A stretch of DNA of 64,000 bases from Dicyema japonicum (taxonomy: Eukaryota; Animalia; Dicyemida), in contig RDEW01000065.1 of assembly GCA_011109175.1 (NCBI GenBank), forward strand, positions 165,838 through 229,837. The letters are read 5' to 3'. Made by a program: the position numbers and the translations under genes. The notes below the pieces were generated by a model that saw nothing but the letters and a program-made list of their open reading frames with translations, was not told the origin of the DNA and searched no databases. The first letter of the stretch is position 1. The number at the start of each line of letters is the position of its first letter. Shown here piece by piece: positions 46,501 to 60,754 of the stretch.

Positions 46501-49500
46501 ATGGATTTCGAAGACATAAATTACACGGCGAAATGCACACTGAAAAACATAGGATATTGATGACTTTTTATAAGAATTTGAAGAAGTTTCAAATAATTAC
46601 TCGGTTGAAAATATTTGTTATTTGGACTAGACAGAAATATTTTATAAATCTTTCAAAGTTCATTTTGCAAGGCACAAATTACCCCTTGGACTTGCAAAAT
46701 AACAAACATCGATGTACTCAAACGGGTAGAAGGAAGAATCGTAAAACACAAATTGGCGTTTCTTTGGGCATGTTGTCCGCTCTGATTCACTAGAAAGAAC
46801 CATTATGCTGAGCAATATTACTGGAAAGAGAAGACCTGGCCGACAGAGGACTCGGTGGCTATCCAAGGTGGAAGACGTCACGAATGCCTATATCAAGGCT
46901 ACTCCAAATTGCAACGGATCGGAAGAGTGGAGGAAACTCGTTCATGAGATCTCCAAGGGTCGGACACGACTTAATTGGACAACATAACATTGGAAACCGA
47001 GAAGAACTCAGTATGTGATCCATATAAGAAGTTAAATCTAGGAATACTGTAATGTTTGTAAAAATGGCATAGGAAGATGTGAAATCCCAAACAATATCAA
47101 AATGTTCTGTATTTAACGTCAACTGACAAATAATAGGCATTAACTATGATAATCAATTATTGGAAAACACTTGTTATACTTGGAGATTTTAATATATGCC
47201 AGGTAGAAAGCCACAAATGGATTAAAAGTTCATCAAAAGTTAAATCATTTTTTCCATGAGACTCTATGGATAATAAAAAAAATTTACGCAATCACGAGAA
47301 AACAAATTTACGATGCTGTATCCAAGTCTCTTTTCTGTCAGTGTTAACTGTTTTGAATATATACAAATACTGAAAAATAGTTTTCTCGTGACATTCCTAT
47401 CTTTTAATAATAAACATTCATGACATAATGTTCGGCACAAGCAGATGTTATCCTTTTGGTTCCTCCCTTGGATTAATTAGTAACTGTCAGTGGGCTTACC
47501 ATTGTAAGCCTAATATTAATAACAATGACATAGTGATCGCCATAATTCGTTTTTATTCAACAATAGGGTGGCATTATGTGGTTCTCCAATTAGACAAATT
47601 TTGAAGACGCCAGGGGCACCTAATGCATACCGAAAAGGACCAATAGACCTTCTCCTCCGGGGAGCACATACAATTCGTTACATTTGAAAATCTGTTTCCA
47701 TGTATTCCGATTTTAGCTGCGTTCGCATCAATAGTTTATGCTCTTTGTAGAAATAGTCATTCCGGAATCAAGATTAATCAGTAGAAGAAAATTTTGATAT
47801 ACCAGACAATCTGCTATGAAAAGAAAGAGACAAAAATAAGAAAATTGACCCGACAATTTACAGAGCAAACTCAAAAAATGTTTCCTCATTGAAATTCCTG
47901 GTCGCACAACAATAAAATATCATATTTTTCATTAAAAATATCAATAACTGATCAATGTAGATAGGGAAAAATCAAATAGTGGAGAATAATCAATATTCAT
48001 TGGTTACCAAAATATAAATATATTAGACATTTTGATAATAGACTTCAATGCTATTTGATGAATCCAATAATATATATAATATTTACGCAAATGTATCACA
48101 ATACAACAAAAATATACAATAAAATTCAAAACAAAAAAACCAACCACAAGAACGTGGCAACTGCACGCCAAAGAAAATACAAATGTATTAAAAGGTTAGC
48201 CACATTATAAAACAATTCAATTTTATTATAAGAAAAAGAATAGTTAATTTTAATTTTAATTATTCAGCTGTTGGGAGATGCATAAGCTATTCCCACGGAC
48301 AACAGCCAACGAGAGCCTCTCCTTGAGCCATCTCGTCTCACGAAGATCACCAGTTTTGTCGGATAGTAGTTTTCCAAGATGATTCAGGAACTTCAGCGTT
48401 TTAGGGCCAAAGTTCAAAACAATTTAAAAAAATAAATATTAAATTAATATAAATTTATCAAAATTTGACTTTAGTAATCTAGGGAAGAGGGTTCAATTGG
48501 ACAAGGCGCTCTCGGAGTTGTTTCAGCAACCAGAATCGAACCTGCCTGAGGAGGCTGGCGAACAGGCAGGCGAGGAAGGTTGTTGATTATTAAATATATT
48601 AACTTTTTTTATTGTTTGTTAAATAAACGTAATCTCGGGAAACTAGAAAAACTGATACCCTTATCACTTGAAGACCTTATCCGACAAAATGGATAGGGAT
48701 TTGCTACCCAGTGCAGGCAGTGCAACTCTCAATTATACAAAGCCACGACGTGTCTTATGAGAAGGGTATGCATCACCCCTCTCCAATTCCTATTCCCGAA
48801 CCACCCCGCCCACAGAGAAATTGTGTTGAATCCCAGAAGGCGCACGAGGAGAAAATAAGAAATCTGATTGAGGCTTTCGAGATCACTTAATTTAGTAATT
48901 AAATTAACTATTGGTGTTCTTGGGTTAATAATAATACCCCGCAAACATAACTATGGAGGATTACTTTGTCATAGACGCTCTGCTTTTTTGCGTCTGAACT
49001 AGGACAACCCTCCCGACCGTTTTAGATGAAGACTTAAGACCTTAAAAAAATCTAAAACCCTAATTTGGTTAAACTGTTTGGTCCCCCTTGTATTGTGATT
49101 TTGCAGTTCTTCGTCCACCAGATGCTTCTCCAGATTCAAAAGAGGTCATTGAGTTGTGGGCCATGCAGAGAAGTGTATACTCGTTATGGTCTTTGCTGTT
49201 GGTGTTTTGGAAAGAAATTCTAAAGTTAGCAGTTCATTTGGTAATAGAAGAGAGTTGTTCAAATCATAAGTCAAATTAAAATATGAAATGCAAGCACATG
49301 GATTTGTGAGACTGTGTTTAGTTGATTTTTCTTTCGTCAAAGGTTTTATTCAGAAATCTAAGCTAAAACTTTTTTTAAAAACAAATCACATTACAGAATT
49401 GCGAAACAGGTGGCTTAATGGTTAGGATGTCGTGTCAATAACAATGCTCCTTTGATTCTATCCCCCCACTGATTACTTGGCCAAGATTTCTTTTCTTCTC

Positions 49501-50700
49501 TATTGCATTAAAGGGAACTCAGATTTGAAAGCTCTAATTTTTGGTTAATTAGTTCCCTCACAAATCCAAGGTCACTAAAAGGTATTTGCAGCACTGAAAA
49601 CGTACTAAAACAATGAGTAGGTTCTAATGGAAAATAAATTCATAGAGCATCTTGGATTTTTATTGAGTTCCTTACATTCCAGAAGCAACCTCTGAAAGGC
49701 GATTTAAAGTTATGCAGTCGCAACATTCATCCATTGCTTATCTTCCATAAAAACACTCAATACACTGTTATTAGGACATAATTTTGTAGAATGGTTGATT
49801 CCCGCACACTCGTGAACCATAAATGAAAGAAATTCCAGTACAGGTCTTACTTTTATTTGTTATCTCAGGGAATAATCCAAGTGTCTTAATAACTTTCATA
49901 AAGAAGAAGGTTCCTATAAGGCTTGACATCGAACTCGAAGGGTTCGAGGTAAATTCATTGACAGTAAATTAAAGGTTGGCAGGTTCCTAGATAGAAGAGG
50001 TCGATATTTTGATTTTTTACATAATCGTTAAATGTGATTCTGGAAATTTTTTTTATAATAATTTTTTTAACAATTAAACAAATGTCAGTTGAGGAAGCCT
50101 GCTGCGTGGATTCTGGAAATTAAATCCACGATAGGAACCACGTGGACAGGTTCGAAGATAGAAGAAATCGAAAAGTTCAATTCTCTGGAAAAATGTTAAA
50201 TGAGATTTTTAAAGTTTAATTAACGATATGAACCAAGTGGGTAGGTCTATTAATCAACGTGGTATAAAAATGTGAACTGTCTTAAAAGTGTCATCTGCAT
50301 ACCTAAAGAAGAGATATTAAATGGATCCACAACCCACCAACATTTAGCATTTTCTATAATAGTGAAGTAGGTTTCCGTTATTTCGTCACAATGAGAGTTA
50401 TCGACTTTACATAGAACAGAATAACTACTAGGAAACAGAAAAGCCACTCCCTGACGACTACCCACCTATTATTATTACCCCCAGATCACCGGGTGAAAAA
50501 GAAAGTTCCTAACTAAGTGACCTCAGACCGATATGAACGAGAATCCTGGGTAGTTTTCAAGAAAGGCTAGGATCATCCTCATCGAGGATGAAATTCTATA
50601 AAAATATAAAATATTATTAAAATATTAATCCTAAACAAAAATATTCTATTGCCAACTACTATTACTATGACTAACATTCGAGGTCTCGTGGTCGGCTTTG

Positions 50701-52127
50701 ATGAAAAAAGAAATGGCAAGTTTATTATCAGAAATTAAAGAAAAATACAACAAATCAGAATATTCAGAAAACGGTTGATTTTCCTATAAAATTAGCAAGA
50801 AGTCGTCGATTTCGCTATGAAAAGTGAATTCTACTTGAAATGTCGTCAAAAGAAATTAAATAACGAATTTCTGAAAAATTTAAAGCACAACAAATTTGAG
50901 GAAAAGCTCAGCCATATCAAGGAGGCCCAAAAGATCTGGCTTAGAAAATTAAGAATCGGCATCAACGGTCTCTCAACTTTCCACAATCTCAAATTGGCAT
51001 CAAAACGGAGTCAGACTTCCTCGGAGGTGATTTCGCCACAAAGAAGCGATATTTTGGGCTTGCACAGGGATGTTACCCCAATTTTTAGTTCTGATGACTT
51101 ATTGAATACTATCGCTAAGATCAGTAACCCAAATATAAAAAAGGACCTCCTCTTTGAGTCGAATCTCCCCGTAGTCGTCAAGCTGAGTCTCAGATGGACT
51201 CCTTTTGAGAAACTGAAGGATCTAGTTGAAATATTTGGGGACATCAATGGACAAGACGACAAATATGGTGAAATACTAAATCGTCAAGACATCAAAGCGG
51301 CCACTGAGATATGCGCACGTGGGTGTCCTTTGGGAATGAGAGGGTCAATTTGGAAGTTGGCATTTGGAATATATCCAGAGGACAGGACAAAGTACTTCAG
51401 TGGACTGAAGGATCACTTTCTCAAATATGAAATGCTGGTCGACTACGTGGTGGAAGAGGACATTAGACAAACCGTGACTAACGACGATCAGTACTTTGTA
51501 TTTGAGGACTTTATCCGCCAAATATTCCACTCTTTCATGAGAGATTCGGAAGTTACCGAAAGCATTGGATTGCTCAACGAGAATCAGTTCCTGAGATCAA
51601 AGAATTCCGTTGGAGATACTGTCGTGTATCCCCCAAATGGGTATGTCCCCTACCATGGCTTCAGTTACCTCATTGCCCCTTTCTGTTATCTCTACACCGA
51701 TATTGAAGATATCTACTTTGTTTTCCGGGCATTTTTTGAGCGTCATTTTATATATTTGACCACAATATCCTCGCATAAGGAGTCGATCCTTTCACTCTGT
51801 GTACAATTTGAGCAACTTTTGATGGAAAAAGAGACGCACGTGTGCGCTCATATGAAGAAGATTGACATATATCCCCTCAATATCGCTTTTGGTTGGATTG
51901 TTAGCGCATTTTCGTGGTATTTGGCGAATGAGGAACTACTTTTACTATGGGATCGAATCATTGGGACCCAATCGCTGACAATTCTTCCAGTTTTGTCTGT
52001 TGCTATCATTTCCTTTCGTCGGGATAACGTATTGTGTGCTGAGTCCTCACAAGATATCGAAGCGATATTTTCGGATATAAAAAATATAAAAATTAATATT
52101 ATTTTGAAGAAATTTATTTTTGAGTAA
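50701..52127 (+). CDS. TBC1D19: TBC1 domain family member 19, copy B (intact)
   Basis: 436-aa uninterrupted ORF at 50817-52127, plus a short first exon (MKKEMASLLSEIKEKY) joined through a probable 26-nt GT-AG intron. Confidence 0.88.
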
Positions 52128-55100
52128 TTTTCTGATTATTAATATTAAATAATCTATTTTTACTATCTAAAGAACCATCAGACTACTAATATAGGGTTTC
52201 CTGAGCATTAACATCACTTTTCCGATCAATAGGTCACTTTCTACTAATTAACATGGGCTTTGAATAACGAAATTAAAAGCGCAGGGAGATTAAAGCAGAA
52301 AAATCGAGATGTAAGCACGTGCTCCCATGTTTGAACCGAAATAGATCCACTGCAGAAGTTTGGAAGACTAATCGATCCGTCTCAAGAATGATGAAAGATA
52401 ATCTGAGGAGGATCACAGCCAAATGGATTTGAATAACCTCATAAAATATTACATGAAAATATCCCATAAAAACCATAAGAAGTCGGATGTACCTCTTTTA
52501 TTCGTTGTTACAATCGCGTCTATTAAAAGTATTATGTGAAGAAATGGGATCTGATCATACATCTCTTCTGTTACATACCTAAGTAAGGTGGTTATCGAGA
52601 GGCAAAATTTTGGCTCGTTTTTTTGAGTTAAGAGATGAACTTAATGTTTTTTTTAATCAACTCAAATCTCAATTTTGTAAATTTTTAAACAATTTCATTT
52701 GGCTGCAACGAGTAGCAGATTTTTTGGATATTTTCAGTAAATCGAATAAATTTTCTTTACTTTTACAGGAAAAAAATTTCACAATATTTGATTCAAGAAA
52801 GAGGCTGTGATACTTCCCACGGCACCAGACGTCTCGATTGCTACCTGTACAAAACGAAAGCAGTCTCCAATTTCGTCATATTTTTTAATCTTGATTTTTT
52901 CGGCCAGATCGGCTGCCGATCCAGCAGACTGCGCCGACCTGAGTATCATCGAGTTCGTAAAAGAATCCATAACAGTGCAGTCCTATACGATCGATTTTTC
53001 CTCAGTGAACGGAAAGATAATTAACCCATCCTGTCTTTTCCCATTTCCGCGGTCCAATCCCACGGGCTCCAGTACTGCCGGGAAGCCTGCCGCTTCAAAA
53101 GCTCGCATGACAATGTTGTTCATAGCAGCATGGCGGGGTGCTCTGCTCGCACTCCTTTTGCACGAGAGCGGATGCAGCCCTTTGACATCGACAATCCCTC
53201 CATAACGACATTGGTGTTCGACGCAAACATCAACTCCCATGCGTTGTGTGATCCTAATACAGTCATCGTCCAAAAAGGTCCCCAGGGAGGAACACGGGAG
53301 TGCATCCAGCCACGCTCCGCTCCCATGGTTGGCGGCGGACACGAGGCATGCAAGACGATGCTGGTTGGCCTCAGACTTTACCACGTCGAAGATATTCGTG
53401 GAGTAGATCTCATCCCAGTCACGTTGCCTCGAAGGATCGTTCGGCGTATCCAAACCAGTTTCACACCATTCGCGACGAGCTTCGTCTAAGACTTTTTCCC
53501 AAAAAAAGTCCGGTTGGAAAACGTAGGATTTCTTGGACCAAAAGGCTTCCACTTGAGAGCGATGACACATATGCTGGAAAGGCAATCTCCAGTGTCGACC
53601 TGAGACCCGTACCTCCGAGGCGTGCAGGAAGCTTGCATTGATTCCAACTCGGCACATCAAAGTGGATCCAAAATTTGCTCAAGCACATTCATCAGTTTCT
53701 GTCTGTTTATTGAGTCGAAAGCTCTGGAGAGATCTATTCCCAACATGGTCGTTGCGCAGCGCCATCTGTGGCTCCATACAATGTCTGCCGTAGACTTTCC
53801 TTCCCGGAACCCAATAGATCCGCCACACCCTTTATCCGACTTAGTGCAATGTTTGCCAGTACTTTGCGTATCGAATTCAGAAGTATTATGTTACTGGCAC
53901 ATGCGTTACCGAGCGCTACGCGTTACACTTCGCCTTGAAACTCCTTCGACTTGAGAACATGAAAGTAGCACCAGTGGCACCACCTCCACATGAACATGAA
54001 CGACGTCCTTGTATGGAGAGAATTCAGGGAAAGAGTGTAGAATCCTCTTGACAAGGGTGTTACAGGCCATTAGCGACGAGAGATATACAGGGAGAGAAAT
54101 GTCTATAGAGCTGTGATTCCAAGTTTTCCGAGTCTGACTGCCAGTTTGGCCTGCTTCCGTTAGTATTCCTCAAGCCGGAAGTTAGAGATACGCTTCGATG
54201 TCAAACGGAAGATCCCGTCAATATGTGCGATTTGGTCGAATTTTCGCTCGTTGTATTGTCGTGTATTGAATCAATTACCATTAACATCATGTCCACTCCA
54301 TACATTATTCCACTCCAACTGCTTCCTTCATGTTTTTAGTCCAACACTTATCTTCGGACATCATCTTAAATAGTGATCTTGTGATTGTCTGATTGAAGCG
54401 TTCGATAATCCTTTGACTCCTTGGATTGTTAGGCCTACTATGAATTTGTTAGACGCTGAAGCAGTGGAATGTCACATTCTGACACCAATTTCCGAATAAT
54501 TTCTCTTTTCACGAAAAAATATCTTCTACTATCGTGGCGATATGTGTTTTATTTGAATTTTTGACCCGCAGAATTTATGCTTTCCTCAGATATTATTCAG
54601 ACTTCTCCAAGTATCGGAAGAATTGTAAAAGCATCTGTTCACTTATATAAGTAATGGATACCAATTCTCTCCCAAACTCGTGTCAGATAGAATATTTCTT
54701 CGTTTCTAGGTTTGAAATGAATCTGATTCTGTACAATTATCAAGTTCATTGATGACTTTGAATATGTTACCCGAGTTGAATTTTGTATTTGCCAAATTCC
54801 GATCCTCTTTTTAACCCTCTTCAAATATCAACTTTAACACTTAGTTTTTCCTCTAGCAATCAATGTATTAACACCAATCCATTTCGTCAAGCGAACTAGC
54901 TTCAGATCTCAAGCCAGCAAATTAATAGTAGATTTTTCGATATTCCGTTCGATTTGAGTGGCTTCAAAGAAAGTATTAACCTTAATCATCGTTGAGTTTT
55001 CCCTTCGAAAAAATACTTTTAGGTGGTCCATAAACAGCAGGTAGTTTGTTACATAAATATGAGATCATAGGTCGTAGTTGTTAAGAGAAAGAATATTATT

Positions 55101-58100
55101 TCTCTTATAATTGGTCACAGTGATCTGATTATTGATATTTCCACGGCGACTGATTCAAAAATTAACTGTCGTCCGAGAGAATCGTTACAACTTCATTAAA
55201 AGATCTGCTCTACTTTAATTTTGATTTTCACAACAAGATATAGTTATTTTTAAGTGATAAAAGGGACCTTCACGCAATCCTGACCTCTTGGTTAAGAGAT
55301 TTTAGTCGTTTTTATTTAGTTTTTGATTGTTAAAGAAAATTAAAGCCTTATGTGCGATTTTTATTTACTGTGACTTATTTGTAATTTTTCAAACTACTAG
55401 GTATATTTTCCGTTTTATTTTGTGCTCTGGTCGGGACTTTATGGTTTTTAAAAACGTAAACAAGTCTCTAATCAGTGGATTGCTCCTTCTATTCATTTCG
55501 CGTAGAAGAATAGAAAAATTCCTTCATACAAAGTTTAGAACGAGCGCAGAAAATTATAGGTCATTGTCATTATGACAAGATTATGAAAGGGGTAGTCTTT
55601 AAGAGATTATTAATTATACATGAGGTCACATATTTACCTTGTCAGCCTTACTTCAAACTATACTACTGTCATGATTATTGGGGTCTTCCTAACATTAATT
55701 AGCGATTTGAATTACCTAAAAGCCTCCAAAAACAATGCTGGGAAGCAAGATTGAAAATTCGTACATTAGAAAGAGAGATCAGGAACAATGAAAAAAAGAA
55801 ACAAGAAAAGTTTGGAAAAACCTCATGTCCGATTAAAACAAGCAGAACTCCCTTAAAATATGTAAAAAACACTTAGAAGCTTTAGTAACGCTGAAAACTC
55901 TGCACAATGTGATGAAATAGAAAACAAGATCTTCCTAAACAAACTTATGAACTACTACTCCTCCACAAATTTTATCCCACACAAGAAAGGTCCATCCATC
56001 CTAGCCTTCAAACCTAGAAGAGACACCTCCCTGATTATTCTCCCTGTGGAGAACGTACAGAATATGGTCAGGGATCAGAAGTAAACAAAAAACTTGTAAA
56101 AATATGTTGGGGGTCCGCGACTAAAAAAAGGTTGAGAACAACTGATTTAAAGCAAGCATGGGTCGGAATGTTCATGTTGGAGAGTACACAGAATTTCAAT
56201 TGCTCAAAAAGTGGAAATATTGCGGTATAATGAAACCAATAAATCAGCTTCATGTCAGACGATATGCAACATATTTTCTTCTATTTTAAAAAAGAATCTC
56301 AAGAAGGACAGTCAATGCAATATTAATGAATGCAGAATCGCTTTTATTCTCAGTTCTGGACTAAAAACTTTAAAAAATTAAAGTACCAGGAGCTTAATGA
56401 AAATCTAGTAGATTGGATAGATTCAATGGAATCAAAATGTAAACTATCTACTCCAATATTTAAGGGGGTTTATTGAACGTTTCTATAATATTACATAAGC
56501 CAACGAAATAACTTTCGTTAACTAATTTTAAAAATCTCACGGGTTTTAGGATGAACTTAAAAAAGACATGGATTTCTAAGGCATAAATTACACGGCGAAA
56601 TGCACTCTGAAAAACATAGGATATTGATGGCTTTTTAAAAGAATTTGAAGAAGTTTCAAATAGTTACTCGGTTGAAAATTTTTATTATTTGGAAGAGACA
56701 GGAATATTTTATAAATCTTTCAAAGTTCATTTTGCAAGGCACAAATTACCCCTTGGACTTCCAAAATAACAAACATCGATGTACTCAAACAGGTAGAAGG
56801 AAGAATCGTAAAACACAAATTGGCGTTCTTTGGGCATGTTGTCCGCTCTGATTCACTAGAAAGAACCATTATGCTGAGCAATATTACTGGAAAGAGAAGA
56901 CCTGGCCGACAGAGGACTCGGTGGCTATCCAAGGTGGAAGACGTCACGAATGCCTATATCAAGGCTACTCCAAATTGCAACGGATCGGAGAGTGGAGGAA
57001 ACTCGTTCATGAGATCTCCAAGGGTCGGACACGACTTAATTGGACAACATAACATTGGAAACCGAGAAGAACTCAGTATGTGATCCATATAAAAGTTAAA
57101 TCTAGGAATACTGTAATGTTTGTAAAAATGGCATAGGAAGATGTGAAATCCCAAACAATATCAAAATGTTCTGTATTTAACGTCAACTGACAAATAATAG
57201 GCATTAACTATGATAATCAATTATTGGAAAGCACTTGTTCTACTTGGAGATTTTAATATATGCTAGGTAGAAAGCCACAAATGGATTAAAAGCTCATCAA
57301 AATTTAAATCATTTTTTCCATGATATTCTATGGATAATAAAAAAAATTTACGCAATCACGAGAAAACAAATTTACGATGCTGTATCCAAGTCTCTTTTCT
57401 GTCAGTGTTAACTGTTTTGAATATATACAAATACTGAAAAATAGTTTTCTCGTGACATTCCTATCTTTTAATAATAAACATTCATGACATAATGTTCGGC
57501 ACAAGCAGATGTTATCCTTTTGGTTCCTCCCTTGGATTAATTAGTAACTGTCAGTGGGCTTACCATTGTAAGCCTAATATTAATAACAATGACATAGTGA
57601 TCGTCATAATTCGTTTTTATTCAACAATAGGGTGGCATTATGTGGTTCTCCAATTAGACAAATTTTGAAGACGCCAGGGGCACCTAATGCATACCGAAAA
57701 GGACCAATAGACCTTCTCCTCGGGGAGCACATACAATTCGTTAAATTTGAAAATCTGTTTCCATGTATTCCGATTTTAGCTGCGATCGCAACAATAGTTT
57801 ATGCTCTCCGCAGTAGTCATTCCGGAATCCAGATTAATCAGTAGAATAAAATTTTGATATACCAGACAATCTGCTATGAAAAGAAAGAGACAAAAATAAG
57901 AAAATTGACCCGACAATTTACAGACAAACTCAAAAAATGTTTCCTCATTAAAATTCCTGGTCGCACAACAATAAAATATCATATTTTTCATTAAAAATAT
58001 CAATAACTGATCAATGTAGATAGGGAAAAATCAAATAGTGGAGAATAATCAATATTCATTGGTTACCAAAATATAAATATATTATACTTTTTGATAATAA

Positions 58101-60754
58101 ACTTCAACGCTATTTGATGAATCCAATAATATATATAATATTTACGCAAATGTATCACAATACAACAAAAATATACAATAAAATTCAAAACAAAAAAACC
58201 AACCACAAGAACGTGGCAACTGCACGCCAAAGAAAATACAAATGTATTAAAAGGTTAGCCACATTATAAAACAATTCAATTTTATTATAAGAAAAAGAAT
58301 AGTTAATTTTAATTTTAATTATTCAGCTGTTGGGAGATGCATAAGCTATTCCCACGGACAACAGCCAACGAGAGCCTCTCCTTGAGCCATCTCGTCTCAC
58401 GAAGATCACCAGTTTTGTCGGATAGTAGTTTTCCAAGATGATTCAGGAACTTCAGCGTTTTAGGGCCAAAGTTCAAAACAATTTAAAAAAATAAATATTA
58501 AATTAATATAAATTTATCAAAATTTGACTTTAGTAATCTAGGGAAGAGGGTTCAATTGGACAAGGCGCTCTCGGAGTTGTTTCAGCAACCAGAATCGAAC
58601 CTGCCTGAGGAGGCTGGCGAACAGGCAGGCGAGGAAGGTTGTTGATTATTAAATATATTAACTTTTTTTATTGTTTGTTAAATAAACGTAATCTCGGGAA
58701 ACTAGAAAAACTGATACCCTCATCACTTGAAGACCTTATCCGACAAAATGGATAGGGATTTGCTACCCAGTGCAGGCAGTGCAACTCTCAATAATACAAA
58801 GCCACGAAGTGTCTTATATGAGAAGGGTATACATCACCCCTCTCCAATTCCTATTCCCGAACCCCCACAGAGAAATGGTGTTGAATCCCAGAAGGCGCAC
58901 GAGGAGAAAATAAGAAATCTGATTGAGGCTTTCGAGATCACTTAATTTAGTAATTAAATTAACTGTTGGTGTTCTTGGGTTAATAATAATACCCCGCAAA
59001 CATAACTATGGAGGATTACTTTGTCATAGACGCTCTGCTTTTTTGCGTCTGAACTAGGACAACCCTTCCGACCGTCTTAGATGAAGACTTAAGACCTTAA
59101 AAAAATCTAAAACCCTAATTTGGTTAAACTGTTTGGTCCCCCTTGTATTGTGATTTTGCAGTTCTTCGTCCACCAGATGCTTCTCCAGATTCAAAAGAGG
59201 TCATTGAGTTGTGGGCCATGCAGAGAAGTGTATACTCGTTATGGTCTTTGATGTTGGTGTTTTGGAAAGAAATTCTAGAAGTCAGCAGTTCATTTGGTAA
59301 TAGAAGAGAGTTGTTCAAATCATGAGTCAAATTAAAATATGAAATGCAAGCACATGGATTTGTGAGACTGTGTTTAGTTGATTTTTCTTTCGTCAAAGGT
59401 TTTATTCAGAAATCTAAGCTACAACTTTTTTTAAAAACAAATCACATTACAGAATAGCGAAACAGGTGGCTTAATGGTTAGGATGTCGTGTCAATAACAA
59501 TGCTCCTTTGATTCTATCCCCCCACTGATTACTTGGCCAAGATTTCTTTTCTCCTCTATTGCATTAAAGGGAACTCAGATTTGAAAGTTCTAATTTTTGG
59601 TTAATTAGTTCCCTCACAAATCCAAGGTCACTAAAAGGTATTTGCAGCACTGAAAACGTACTAAAACAATGAGTAGGTTCTAATGAAAATAAATTCATAG
59701 AGCATCTTGGATTTTTATTGAGTTCCTTACATTCCAGAAGCAACGCTCTAGAAGGCGATTTAAAGTTATGCAGTCGCAACATTCATCCATTGCTTATCTT
59801 CCATAAAAACACTCAATACACTGTTATTAGGACATAATTTTGTAGAATGGTTGATTCCCGCACACTCGTGAACCATAAATGAAAGCAATTCCAGTACAGG
59901 TCTTACTTTTATTTGTTATCTCAGGGAATGATCCAAGTGTCTTAAATAACTTTCATAAAAGAAGAAGGTTTCCTATAGGCTTGACATCGAACTCGAAGGG
60001 TTCGAGGTAAATTCATTGACAATAAATTAAAGGTTGGCAGGTTCCTAGATCGAAGAGGTCGATATTTTGATTTTTTACATAATCGTTAAATGTGATTCTG
60101 GAAATTTTTTTTAAAATAATTTTTTTAACAATTAAACAAATGTCAGTTGAGGAAGCCTGCTGCGTGGATTCTGGAAATTAAATCCACGATAGGAACCACG
60201 TGGACAGGTTCGAAGATAGAAAAAATCGAAAAGTTCAATTCTCTGGAAAAATGTTAAATGAGATTTTTAAAGTTTAATTAACGATATGAACCAAGTGGGT
60301 AGGTCTATTAATCAACGTGGTATAAAAATGTGAACTGTCTTAAAAGTGTCATCTGCATACCTAAAGAAGAGATATTAAATGGATCCACAACCCACCAACA
60401 TTTAGCATTTTCTATAATAGTGAAGTAGGTTTCCGTTATTTCGTCACAATGAGAGTTATCGATTTACAGAACAGATAACTACTAGGAAACAGAAAAGCCA
60501 CTCCCTGACGACTACCCACCTATTATTATTACCCCCAGATCACCGGGTGAAAAAGAAAGTTCCTAACTAAGTGACCCCACACCGATATGAACGAGAATCC
60601 TGGGTAGTTTTCAAGAAAGGCTAGGATCATCCTCATCGAGGATGAAATTCTATAAAAATATAAAATATTATTAAAATATTAATCCTAAACAATAATATTC
60701 TATCGTCAACTACTATTACTATGACAAACATTCGAGGTCTCGTGGTTGGCTTTG

